NCBI RefSeq assembly: GCF_009914755.1
Contig: NC_060929.1
Origin: the human T2T-CHM13v2.0 reference genome, Homo sapiens
Strand: one strand, 5' to 3'
DNA: 64,000 bases
Under the pieces are notes generated by a model that saw only the letters and a program-made list of their open reading frames with translations, had not been told where the DNA came from and searched no databases. Numbering within the stretch: the first letter of the stretch is position 1; each line of letters opens with the position of its first letter. Below, piece after piece: positions 42,736 to 56,000 of the stretch. The position numbers and the translations under genes are program-made.

Positions 42736-45700
42736 TTTTGAATGTGCTGAGGCTGTGTACCCTTGGCTTTCTCTAAGTCAGTCTTGCCTTGCCTCCCAAA
42801 GCCATGCAGGAAAAAAGCCAGCTACACACACACAGCTGACTGTGAGCTCTTTGAAGAGGCTTAACTCCCTTGTTCAGTTCTGTGCTTCACATGCCTCTTC
42901 TTGCTGCCCTTTTCCTACCCTGAAGTCTTTCTTTTCTAGTAACCACTATTTTCTAGTAACAGCAAAGAGAGGAAAGAGCAAAAAAAGACTGTTTTTCAAT
43001 CCTGCTTAAAAAGTCTTTCCAGTTCTTGCGTTGCTTTGATGGTTGTAGTAGCTGCGAAAAATGAAGCCCAGAGAATATCCGTCATTTTTTCACTTAGGAT
43101 TAAGTGTTCCTGACTTGCCTCCAATGGGAATTTTAAGATTCTTTTTGTTTTCTCTCCTAGTTGAGGTAGTAATTTGTTTTGATTGATCCACAGCTTTCTT
43201 CATGACCAAAAGCAAACATTTGCAATGTGTCTGACCCCGTTTTAGGGATGTAGCTAGACATTGTGAAAAACCAAGCTCCTCCGTCCCTTTTAGGTGACCT
43301 TGCTGGTTTTTATGACCGTCCACAGTCATGACTTTGGAAGGATGATGCTCTAGCCATGGGCTGCTTGACCAAATGATCACTGTGTGACTGTTCTTTATAC
43401 TGTGCTTTGTATCACAGTGACAGGATATTATAGTACAGGTCATAGGGATGTGGCAATTGATTTTGACATACGATATTCTCAGTGCCACAGGAGCAAAAGA
43501 TGTTTGAGTGACTACTGTCTAATATCTTTGCTTTCATGTCTCTGCTCATGATTTAGTCTTCTAAAAGCTTTCTGTGTCATATAAAATATACTGTTTCAGT
43601 TTATTAAATTGTATTTAATATTCTAACAGAAGATATAATTTAAAAATAAGATTTTACGGACTTTTGTATTTAATGTTGTGGTTTTAGAACTTCATATAAA
43701 ACCTCATGTAGGAATCATGGTTTGTAAATATGAAAGCCACAAAGTAAGGCACATATTATTCAGAACCAATTTATTAGCAGAAAATATCTTTTATATCAGT
43801 GATCATGGGGAAAATTAAATTTAGTGACTTTCTTGCGTTAAAGAAATGGTTGTGATTGAGCATATTAGTAATTATAAACTCCTGTTTTTGAACAAAACTG
43901 GGTTATACTAGGCATATGTGGAGAATCATCCTAAATGCCCATTTGGTATTATTTGGAATAATACCTTTTATGCCAGAGGGCATCTTACGAAATGAAACAT
44001 CCAGTAGACAAAAATCAGTAATTTTAATCTGGTTTAAATATTAATCTGTTTTTGTCCCAGAGGACATAATGTTATCAAATGAAATACCCAATATAAAAAG
44101 ATCAGCTTTAGTCATTAGTTTTTATCTAATTTAATGGTGACCAGCCCTTAGAATTTCTGGCTTACTACATGTCTGGAAGGGAATGAGTATTCTTATATTT
44201 ATTGTTGTTATGATAATCTGCCTACTGTGCTTTCTACTATTTAGTAAGGTGTTTTTATTGTTTTATTTTGTTTTGCTTTTAAGATGGGTTCTGAGAAGTT
44301 TGGAGGTGTCGGTGTGAAGTGAGAAGCCACTCTGCTAGGTTTTTTATCCCTGTTTAAAGATTCCATTTTTGAAATATCACACTGATACCTTTTGTTCCTC
44401 CTCTTAACCATCATTCACCGACTATATCATCTAGATCTCTGTTCTTTCAGCCCTACCAAGGTCACTGGCATTTATTGTGACGTAGGTGCCTGATAGATAG
44501 TTGGGTGGTAAAAGGGATGAAGGTGCCACATTAGGCAGGTTTGATGTGGTCAGGAAAAGAACCAGGGGGACTGTTGTAGTCAGTAATCAGTGGTGTAGTT
44601 GCCTAAAACTTTTGTCTGGCTCTGATTAGGTTAGGAGATGAGTTCCCTCTGCAGGTTAAAGGTGTTCATTAAGTGCTTATGGTATTCTATACCATGTAAA
44701 AATGGGGGTACAAAAGCCTTATCTGAATCAAGCTCCTCAATGGTAAAAGGTGTATTTGATACCATCTGAATAGCCACAGAGCCCAGAGCCCTTTAATATC
44801 TGGGTCAGATAAAACCTTACAAGTCATCTAATCCTATCAGGCCAAGAGGAACACCAACTGCTGTCATTACATGAGGACTTGTGGGGTAAATGTTTCTGCA
44901 CAGATGTGTACCTATCAGTTATAACAATAGAAGAATGATAATTAACACTTAATGAGTGACTTAAAGTGTTGAAATTTAACCCTACAAAGGGTCGTTATGA
45001 AGAAGATTACTAATGGGAATATTATACATTAAGTGTGAAAAAAATTCTTACACCTTTATTTTATCTGGTTCATTTGCAAGTAATTAGGGTTTTACCATTT
45101 AGTAAGTTAACAAAGGTTAATAAGGAAATCTGCATTAATTTAAAATTTCTGTGATTCAGGAGCAAAAATAGCACTTACTGAATATCTGAAAGACTGCAGA
45201 CAAATTGGTCTTGGAAAACTGAAGCCTTCCTTATGTGCTGGACTGACAGGAGGAGGGCTTCACAGAAACGTGACAGGCATGGTTCAGCACTGCTTGAAAC
45301 CCTTCTGTGTGTTCAGCCTGGAAGTATTTCCATTTACTCTGCTGGAGCACACAGACTTCAGACAGAGTTTTCTTCGTCTTTTATCTTGGATGTTGCCTTA
45401 CGGGCTCTCAGCAACTGTGCAGCTGCCATCATTGTCTGGGATTTGCAATGGGGCAAGTGGGGCTGGCGGGGAGTTGGGGGGCAGTGGCAAGCAAGGGAAC
45501 CCCATTCTGAGGCAGCAGTAGTGACAGAGCTCCAAAGTTTTTGTGACTATTTTGAGTAACCCTAAAGCAGCATTTCAACTTTCCTTTCATGAAACTGTCC
45601 ATGTGCTAAGATCACTGCCACTCAACTTAGGTCCTGCTGTGCATTTAATTTCTTGGGTATTTCCTGAAAGCCCCACTAATAGGAACAGCGATCTAGAATT

Positions 45701-46067
45701 GCTCCTTTTGGAAATGCACTCTGCAGATGCTGCTCACTAAGGTCTGCAGAACTTCTGCTAATTCCCACCAACTGCCTCTGGGGAAAAAAAGGATCATGAG
45801 TTTTAAACCCCCACGTTTCACTTCCTCATACAAGCATATCTTCAAGTAATCACATAACTGAATGTGCCTGAGTAGACTAAATTTGAAAGAGAACGTAATA
45901 ATTTTTTTCGTAGCTCTTTATCCAGTTTTAGTTTGTATTAGAGATTTTACCTGGTTTAGACTTTGTCTTAATTTGTGCTTCTTATTGATAATGTTTTGAA
46001 GGGAAAAATAGCAGCAAGGATTAAGAAAATGAAAATATTCTTTATTAGTGTGGTACACTAGTTAAAG

Positions 46068-46264
46068 CAGGGGTTGGTAAACCATGGCCCTTGGGCCAAA
46101 TCTGGCCCACCACTTGTTTTTGTAAAGCCTATGAGCTAAGAATAGTTTTCACATTTTTTAATTGTTTGGCGAAAAAGAGATTATGTGATAGAGACTATAT
46201 GTAGTCTACAAAGCCTAAAATATTTATTACCTAGCCTTATGCTGAACAAGTTTGCCAACCTCTT
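46068..46264. mobile_element. MER58B/C-like hAT-Charlie DNA transposon
   Basis: TIRs caggggttggtaaac...gtttgccaacctctt; degenerate 8-bp TSD agttaaag / atctaaag. Confidence 0.8.
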
Positions 46265-46596
46265 ATCTAAAGTAGCATCATTTTGTCAAATTTGTTTTAA
46301 GCACAATGTGATATTTTCAATTACAAAGCATTTAAAAATTTTTACTTTGGGGTCAGACAATGGATTTCTATTTGTTATAGCTTAAATCTGGAGGCACCAC
46401 CCCCTACCAAATAATCACTATAATATCTTTAGGACTAAATATAAACTACTTTTGGTACCAATGATCAAACATTGACATTAGTTCCAGTGATGATAGGTGC
46501 AAGTACCATACTCAGTAACCTAAGTCTTTCTGACTAGTACTAGCTAGATGCATAAGTAATTTATTTTTACATATACTAAATAAAAACTACCTTATT

Positions 46597-46892
46597 GGCC
46601 TGTGCAGTGGCTCATGCCTGTTATCCCAGCAATTGGGAGGCCAAGGTGGGAGGATTGCTTTAGGCAAGGAATTCAAGACCAGCCTGGGCAACATAGTGAG
46701 ACTCCCGTCTCTGCAAAAGTAAAAAAAAATAAGAATTAGCCAGATGTGGTGGCATGTGCCTTCAGGCCCAAATACTTAAGAGGCTGAGGCAGCAGGATCA
46801 CTTGAGCCCAGGAGTTTGAGGCTGCAATGAGCTATGATCACGAGGCTATACTCCAGCCTGGGAAACATAGTGAGACCCTGTCTCAAAACAAA
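46597..46892 (+). mobile_element. AluJ SINE
   Basis: ggaggattgctt, gggcaacatagtgagac and gagcccaggagtttgaggctgc; TSD-like aaaactacctt / aaagctacctt. Confidence 0.9.
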
Positions 46893-48154
46893 GCTACCTT
46901 CTCCATTCATCTACAGAGAATGCAGTAAGATATGAAAGAATTGCTCTGATCTCTTGAGGAATCTGGTCTCCTAGATTTTAACTTCATTGACCTTGGGTAA
47001 CATCAGTACAACACTGAGTCATTAAGAAATCTAATCTGAAAGCTGTGGAGGAGCAGGTCTTGGGATGGACTTGGAACAGTAGCCTCTAAAACATAGTCAT
47101 TGGACATTGGCAGAATGCCTTTCCTTTGACTAGGGAAATAATGTAAAGTCTTTTTGCAATATCTCTCTCTGCAAGCATGTAAACTGAGCTATGCAAAAAG
47201 CAGTAGCTCCAGGCTAGTTATTCCTAGGGCAGTTATAAGGATAAAATAACCTTTATTGCTACTGTTTAGTGGAGTACTGTAATGAAATACTGTGATTGTC
47301 TTTGTCCCCTGGTCTCTGCTTCCAAATGCAGGACTGCTTCTACCAAGTATAGCCTATGTTACTTAACATGGGAGAAATTGACCAGCAAAAGATTAAAATA
47401 ATTCCTGTTTGATTTTCTTATAGGAGTCTCTACTAAGACCTCTTATGAAGTTTGCCTGCTATCTCTCTTAAGCAATACTACCTTTTCCATAAACAACGTT
47501 CATTCCTTAGAAGAGTATAAAAGAAGACGCTATAATTTGTCTAAGATACCAGATATCAGAGACAATGCCATGGTTGTGATAACATTTTTACTTTAAATTA
47601 AGAAAGCATTCACAGAACATGTTTTATAGGCAATCTAGAACTTTAATGGCATGATAAGAATTCCATATTATGTTCAGATGGTAGCTTTCCTCTCCCCACT
47701 TCTTCATGCTATTTGATCCTTCAGACAGGCTGTAGGTCTGGCTCATTTTGGCTGGGCCTGCTGTGGGCCAAAGGACTATCATTTTATGGCAATTTTCAAG
47801 TTAGGTAAAAATAATATTCCCCTTCCACATTATTTTTGATGGCCATATTTTTCATATTTAAGACAGTTTGGGATATGACTAAAAATTGTGGTGGTGATTC
47901 TTTGGCAAAACAAGTTGATTTCTTGAATGCTGCAGATTTTTGTACCTTTCCAATACAGCCTAATTTGTCTTAGCTACTTTTCGATCTATTTTGCGCATAG
48001 CCTTGGATATTCTTGATTTTAGTATATGTTTCCTTTTTATAGAATGGTCTTTGCTAGGAAGGAATAAATCCTGACATATGGTTTTTAGTGAACCAACATA
48101 CATGAAATTTTACAAAAAAAAAAGCCAACATGTTGGTTAGGTGTTAAGACAAAT

Positions 48155-48428
<274 letters not shown>

Positions 48429-48456
48429 AATTTATATTCCTACCAGAAGTGTATAA

Positions 48457-48803
<347 letters not shown>

Positions 48804-49084
48804 ATAAATTAAAAAGAATGTATCTGTAATTTGGCCACCTTGATTCACATTCAAATTAATCTTTTTGGTCTTTTTTGTAAGAAGCCAAGGTATTTGAACC
48901 ACCCTTATGTTTCCCAGCTTTTTATATCAGTAGTCACTGGTATTCTACCAAAACCATTCTGCTAATTAGTTTTTTCCAACATCAGTGCTAGGCACAAAGA
49001 GAGAATGTGAGTTAATCAGAAAGCGAACTTGTGCTGCTACAGGAGATGTCTCAAATCAAGGGGGCTATTTTAGACACGTCTTAC

Positions 49085-49447
49085 TGCTATAGATTAAATT
49101 TTTATGTTCCCCCAAAATTCATGTTGAAACCTAATTTCCAGTGTGATAATATTTAAAACTGGGGTCTTTCATAGATGATTGGGTCATGAGGGTGGAGCCC
49201 TCATGAATGGGATTAGTGTTCTTATAAAAAGAGACCCCAGAGAGCTCCCTAGCCCCTTGCTCTGTGAGGACACAGAGAGAAGGTGATTGTCTGTGAACCA
49301 TGAAATGGGCCCTCACCCGACACTGAATCTTCCTGTGAATTGATCTTGGACTTCTCAGCCTTGAGAACTGTGAGAAATAAATGTCTGTTTTATATAAGCC
49401 AGTCAGCTTATGGTATTCTGATATAGCAGCTCAAACAGACTAAGACA
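49085..49447 (+). mobile_element. MLT1A/MLT1A0 MaLR solo LTR
   Basis: TG...CA termini (tgctatag...ctaagaca); gagggtggagccctcatgaatgggattagtg; 5-bp TSD cttac / attac. Confidence 0.88.
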
Positions 49448-52400
49448 ATTACTCTTCCCTAAAAAGAGAAAAAAGACTGAATGTACAAGTCTGTTATGGA
49501 TTACAAATGGCTAGGCATTCCAAAACAAAGCAAAATAAAAAAAACGAGGATCATATATTATTTAAGTGTCGTCTTTTAAATACCCTTCAGTAAGTCTGAC
49601 CATGTGGTCTCCTGGATTTGCTTTGTGTACAGCTGTGGGCTGTTTTTTTTGAGCAAATGTGGGCAGACCATCGTCAGAGACTCATAGATGACTGACACTA
49701 ATCTGACTGGAACTTCTCAGAAAGCACATTCTGTTAAAGTTGGTTGTCCTATTGCCAGACAAATGATTAGCACTTTTATAATAAGTTTTATCAGCCTTGG
49801 GGCTATTCTTTGGCCAGATACAGTCTTAGAAGGTAAAAGTTACAATTCATGTTATGTGGCAAATAAAGTTAAAACATAGAAGTATCCACATCTCCCAGCA
49901 CATAAGCTGGCACAAAGCTGGTGTTCAATTAATGCATTGTCTGTTAAGCATTACCTGAAGTAAAACAAGGGATATTTTCCCAAATTTTCATGGAGTACTA
50001 TACCACTGATTCACAGCTTGACTCCTTGAGGGCAGGGATGATAGCTCTTATTTTCTCTGTGCCTGGCACCAAGCACTAAACCTGGAACAGAACCAGTGAT
50101 CAGAAAATAGTTGTTGGATAAGAGAATCGGGCTAATTTTTGATATTTTGCTGATTTTTAAGGTTCATTTCTCATGGTGTCCTCAGATTTAATTAAATGGG
50201 AATATGGGTTCCTACTCACCCCCACAGCCCCCAAAAAAGACACAAGAAGAAAAACAGAATGGTACGATATGAGCCTAAATAAAGAGGCTAATCAAAAGCT
50301 AACTTCTCCAGGGACTTAGGAAGTGTTTCATAAGTTGCATTGCAATCAGTAAGTTAGATTTGCCCTTACTTATATTAAGACCTATTTCTAAAGGTATTCA
50401 TTTATTAGGAGAGGAAAAAAAACCCTGCAAACAGGTCCAGGGGCAGCAATGAAAAGAGATATAAAATTTCTTACCCATTATCTTATTTACAAATATATAT
50501 ATTGGCATTTCTTCTTGGTTGTGGGGACCATGAATAAAAAAATGGCATAGTGTTTGCCCTGTAGGAGCTTACAATATAATAGGTATATGCATGTGTAAAC
50601 AAACTGTCATTTGAGAGAGAAGCAGTCACTATAATCAAGGGACAAGCAAACAGGTCATTAAGTCATAATTTCAAAACTCAGGGGAAGACTTTCTAGAAAG
50701 AAAACTTGATTTGAGGCTTCAGAATAAATCCAATTTCAAAAGGCCAAAAAGTGAGGCAGGATATCCCAGACAGAAGGAACAGCATAAATACAGGCATGGA
50801 GAAAGGGAAGGTGCAGGGCAGTTTCGAGGGTCAGAGAAGTATCTGTGTCCAAGTGAAGAATTTATGAAGAAGGGTTGCAGTTGGAAATTAAGCTAAATTG
50901 GAACTGATGCATGGGAAAATACGGAGTCTGGATTTTAGTCCATAGGTATGTTCCCAAATTCTTTCTTGGTGATGTTTATGCCAAAGGCATTATTATTTAT
51001 TAGAACTTTTATTACATTGACATTTTTCTTAAATACTTTGACTTACCATAACTATGGATAATAATCCTGTATTACTTGCCCTGAATAAATTCAAAAAACC
51101 AAACACTTATAACATTTTAATTTGACACTGTTCTTTCACTAATGCTCTGAACTGAACCTGCAGGCTTGTTAAAAAGGGAGATGAGCACACATCAGAAGCA
51201 TGATCCTGACCTATGAGCACTAAACTGACACCTTTTCTTAGCTATACTGAAAGAATCAGAAGAGGATCAAAACGAAAATAAATCACTAAGAGATACTATA
51301 TTTTTAAATCTTGAGGTTCTATGCTACTGAAATTCATCTCAAATACCTCCTAAAAATTTAGCCTGTGCCACTGCCTACATCTTATGCCTTCAGAAACTCA
51401 GCTAGAGACACTGGAGCAGGCCTAAAGTGTTTTAGGTATCTGAGTAATATAAATGCTGCTCATATTTTAGAAGGAAAACCCTGGCAGCATTGTAAAGGGC
51501 AGTTCGGAGAGGCCAGGCACTGGAAACAGGAAAGCCAGCTGAGAGGCTATCATGTAGCCTAGGCTAGTGGGGAGGGGTCTCCATTAAAGGGTGCATCCTT
51601 TAATATTCAGTACTGAGAGAGTAGGACCAAGTGACCCAGACAGAGGCCAGAGAGAAAGTTTGAAGAGGAGTCTAAGGTTTCTAACATATGTGAAGTAGCA
51701 AATGTAGTAGGTACTTACAATATACACTGAACACAGGAGGAGAGAGTTGAAGAAGGGGCAATGATGGATTTTATCTTGTAGATGCCCAGATGTTGAAAGG
51801 TAGAAGGGAAGAAGGTGGTCAAGACAAGCCTGAGTATACCTCCATCTAAAGACGTTGTTTATATAATGGGGGAAGAAGAAAGGACAAATACGTCAAGGCT
51901 CAAGTCACAGAAAGGGAAGTTAAGGGAATTCACATCAAATGGCCCTTGGCATCTGTGAAATGAAAGATAAAGTTATGTATGAAAGGCAAGCCTGGTGAAG
52001 AAATGATGAAAATTCTAAATTCAGTAAATGAAAGATACTACAATTTGTTCTACCCAAGGCCATGGTGTGAAGAAGGGGCTTAACTATCATGCTTTTAAAT
52101 ATTACAGATTCTGCATAAATCCCAAAATACTGCAACTTCCAATTCACATGGCAGTTACTAGGGAAATTCAGCTAGGAGCTAATATATCATGCATGTCTGA
52201 AGGGTCCCACATTGCTAATTCCATAGGACCTACACCAACAGTCAGAAATTTCTGGACTGTGCTAATTTCTGGACACCTCCTACTACTTTACAAAATATTT
52301 ACACCCCTGTGTCAAATGCCAATCTGTTGACCTTCCCAGCTTAGTTTACATGGTCCATAGTGATTGACAATCCCTCCTTTGCACACATCCTCAATAACCT

Positions 52401-52784
52401 TGCACCCTCTCCCTTCATCATACCTACCTGGAAAAACCAGCCTTGGTTAAATCAAATGCTCCACCTGCTCTGCCTGGACCCAACCTCAGATCAGAGCTGC
52501 AGGAAAAACACACAAACATGCTGACAGGCTCACTTTAAATTTTTGTCTATCTGCAAATCCTGTTGGCTCTCCCTTCAAAATTATGCCCTGAATTCAACCA
52601 CTTCTTAGTACCTCCTCAGCTGCCATTGTAGTCCAAGTCACCACCATTCTCATTATTAAGGGAAAATAGATTGTCAAGCATTTCTCCTGTAATTGCCTTC
52701 CACCTTGGCTCCCTGTGGCCATCCCTGTTCCCATGGTCAGGTCCCCACCAGCAGCCAAAGATCCTTTTAAAAAACGTGAAAAAA

Positions 52785-53057
52785 GGCTGGGTGCAGTGGC
52801 TCACACCTGCAATCCTAGCACTTTGTGAGGCCGAGGTGGGTGAATGACTTGAGCTTAGGAGTTTGAGACCAGCCTGGGCAACATTACAAAACCCCATCTC
52901 TACCAAAAAAAAAAAAAAATTAGCTGGGCATGGTGGCACATACCTGTAGTCCCAGCTACTTGGGGAGCTGAGGCAGGAGGGTTGCTTGGCCCAGGACATT
53001 GAGATTGCAGTAAGCCAAGATCATGCCACTGCCCTCCACCCTGTCTCAAAAAAAAAA
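52785..53057 (+). mobile_element. AluJ(b)-like SINE with a ~20-nt deletion near its 3' end, inserted in an L2 remnant
   Basis: Alu dimer; ctcca|ccctgtctc lacks gcctgggcgacagagcgaga; TSD aaaaacgtgaaaa / aaaaatgtgaaaa. Confidence 0.85.
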
Positions 53058-56000
53058 TGTGAAAAAGATCATATAACCTTCCTAATCACAAGCCTCCAGT
53101 GACTTCCCAATTATATTTTGAACAAATCCAAAGGGTGGTAGATTTTGTCAAATACTTTTCTTGTGTCTATCAAGATGCTTATATGTTTTTCAGATGTTAA
53201 TCCAAGCTTGCATTCCTGTCATAAATCCTACTTGGTCATTTTGTATAATTCTTTTTACCTGTATGTGTTGCTGAATTTGGTTTGCTAGTATTTTGTTGAG
53301 TTTTTTAAAATCCATATTCATAAAAGATACTGGTCTATAGTTTTTTTCTGATGATGTCTTTGATTTAATCTCAGGTTAATATTGACTCAGAGAATTAATT
53401 AAATGAAGTGTTCCTTCCATTTTTTTAAAGTATTTGTGAAGAGTGAGTATAATTCTTCTTTAAACATAAGGTAGAATTCATTGATGATTTTATAGGCCTC
53501 TCATTTTTAAAATTTATGCTGAATATGAATATTTAGAACATTTGTGGTCATTGGAACTAAGTTTTTAAACTGTAGTCATTTTTACTGCTGTTAGAGAATG
53601 AAGAATAACAGCCAAATGAGAGTTCTTTTTAGATGTTTGTATTGAATGGTATCATATAGGGGAGGGGAAAGAATCACCCGGACTGCTCATAGTATATTAT
53701 GTCTTACAGGATTCCCTTTGCGATTGTAGTTTTATCTTCCCAATCATTTCCCTCAGCTTTTAGTTAGATTCTCTAACGGAAGCATATAAAATTAACTTTC
53801 TGAATTGTTCCATGGGATGAAGCATTACACACTCACAGCGGAAAGGAAAGTTTCACATTTTGTAGACTACAAGAAAAGTTTGCTTATTGTGGAATGGGGA
53901 ACTTTTTAATGATGCCATCTAAATTGAACCAAGTGGGAACATGACCACCAGCCACCCACCTGCACCTGGAGTCATCTCCATCCTGCCACAGCACTCACCG
54001 TGTTTCCTTTACTTGTTCTCTTCTCCCCCTGCACCTTCTCCTCTTCCAAGAGCAAACTTGTCCTGGGACTTCCCTGACTTCTAGCTCACCAAGTTCCCAA
54101 TTTTCTACTCACCTGGTACTTTAAGAATCTTGCCATTTCTTTGAAATATTTTCCAATTAACAATAATAAAAAAATTTTGACATGTGGGTTTGATGGGAGT
54201 ATTCAGACTGCAGGGGAGAAAGAAGACAAGGGAGGAACATTCACTAGGACCTTGGACCAACTGAGGGGAGTGGGACTGGCCCCTGTGGGGACAATCCCAT
54301 AGGTGGAGCTAAAGGGTGATAGATGACGCAGACAGCCCAAGTGGCTGTTTGGGTATTTGGCTGGCTTCTAAATTCCCATCAAACCAATCCCACTCTTGTT
54401 TATTAGAGTCCTATTATGTTAATATTGGTCCCAGTGTTTATAGAATTTGTACTCTGGAGCAGTTTACACCATTTGGTGATAAAAGCACTATACAAGAATA
54501 TTCTTCATGTATGTGCTCATTTCTCCTGGAACATTTCCTTGCAGCTGTCAGTAAATGGGGCCTTCCCCAGATAAAGGAAATCTCTTTCTTGGAAAATCTT
54601 TGAAAATAAGTATGGAATGCTAAGGGATAGCCTTATTAATAAGGTGGGGAATAAATTAAATGACCCATAGACCTTTGGAAGCTAAGTGTTTTATTCTGCT
54701 TAATATTTTAATGATGGCTTTGGGCCTTCTTAGCACTGCATTATAACAGAGTCATTCCATTATACATAAATTGGTACTATTAATCTAAAAGTGCTAATTC
54801 AGACTTATATTTACTGTGCTTCTATTTCTTGTGAGATCAAAACACATCATAATGGGCATTTGCTCCTAGGAAAGGGCGTTATATGTATGAGAAGGTAAAG
54901 GAGGAAAGCTGTAATACCTCGGGCCTGTTCTGTCTGAAGTTAAGAGTAAGCTGTACTCATTTCATTTCATTTAAGAGCGGGTCAAGGATTCTTCTCTCTT
55001 CCTCTGTTTATATCTTTCATATTTATTCAATGAAAAGTTTATAGCTCTTTAATCTGTATTATGTCTCAATTTTACAAAGTAATTTTGTTAGACCATAATT
55101 TTTCATTTCACTCTCTGTTTTATGAAGAGTTTCTCATTAGAATAATGAATGTATGTGTTTTAATAACAAATAGAAAGAATAAAAATCCCTTAAAGGGAAA
55201 AGTATTAAATGAATCTGCTCCATCATTTAATGGGAATTTCTAGTTATTCAGATATATTTGCAGTACCTTATTATGCTAATGGAATAGTTGATATCTCCTA
55301 AAGTATAATCCTATTCCTTATATCTAGAAAATAGTAGTTTTGAACTCTTTAGAAAAACATGTTTTAAGCCTTAGTTTTTTATCTATAAAAGTATGCATAT
55401 TTATTATAAAAGCATTTTGAAAACACAGGTAAAGATCAAATAAAATAATTTCATTGATATATTCTATTTTAATACTAATGTCTTTGTGAAAATTATGTAA
55501 AAATGTATTTCTGTTTGTTGGTTTTTAATTTCTCAAGAAATAATCTTTTCATACAGTGAATATATCCACTGCCCTAAAAAGTCTCATCAGTCTACCTATT
55601 AATCCCTTTCTTCTCTATTCTGCCCCCATAATCCCCTGGCAATCACTGATCTTTTCATTGTCTTCATATTTTTATCTGTTTTAACATGTCATATAGTTGA
55701 ATTCATAGAGTATGTACCCCTTTCAGATTGGCTTCTTTCACTTAGCAATATGCATTTAAGATTCTTCCATATCTTTTTGTGGCTTGATAGCTCATTTCTT
55801 TTTAATGCTAAATAATCCATTGTCTGAATGTACTACAGTTTATTCATGTACTCATTAGAGGGCATCTTGGTGGCTTCCAAGTTTGGGCAATTATAAATAT
55901 AACTGTTATAGACATTTCATGTGTAGGTTTTTGAGTGGACATAAGTTTTCAAGTCATTTGGATTAATACCTGGGAGCATGATTGATGGATCATATGGAAA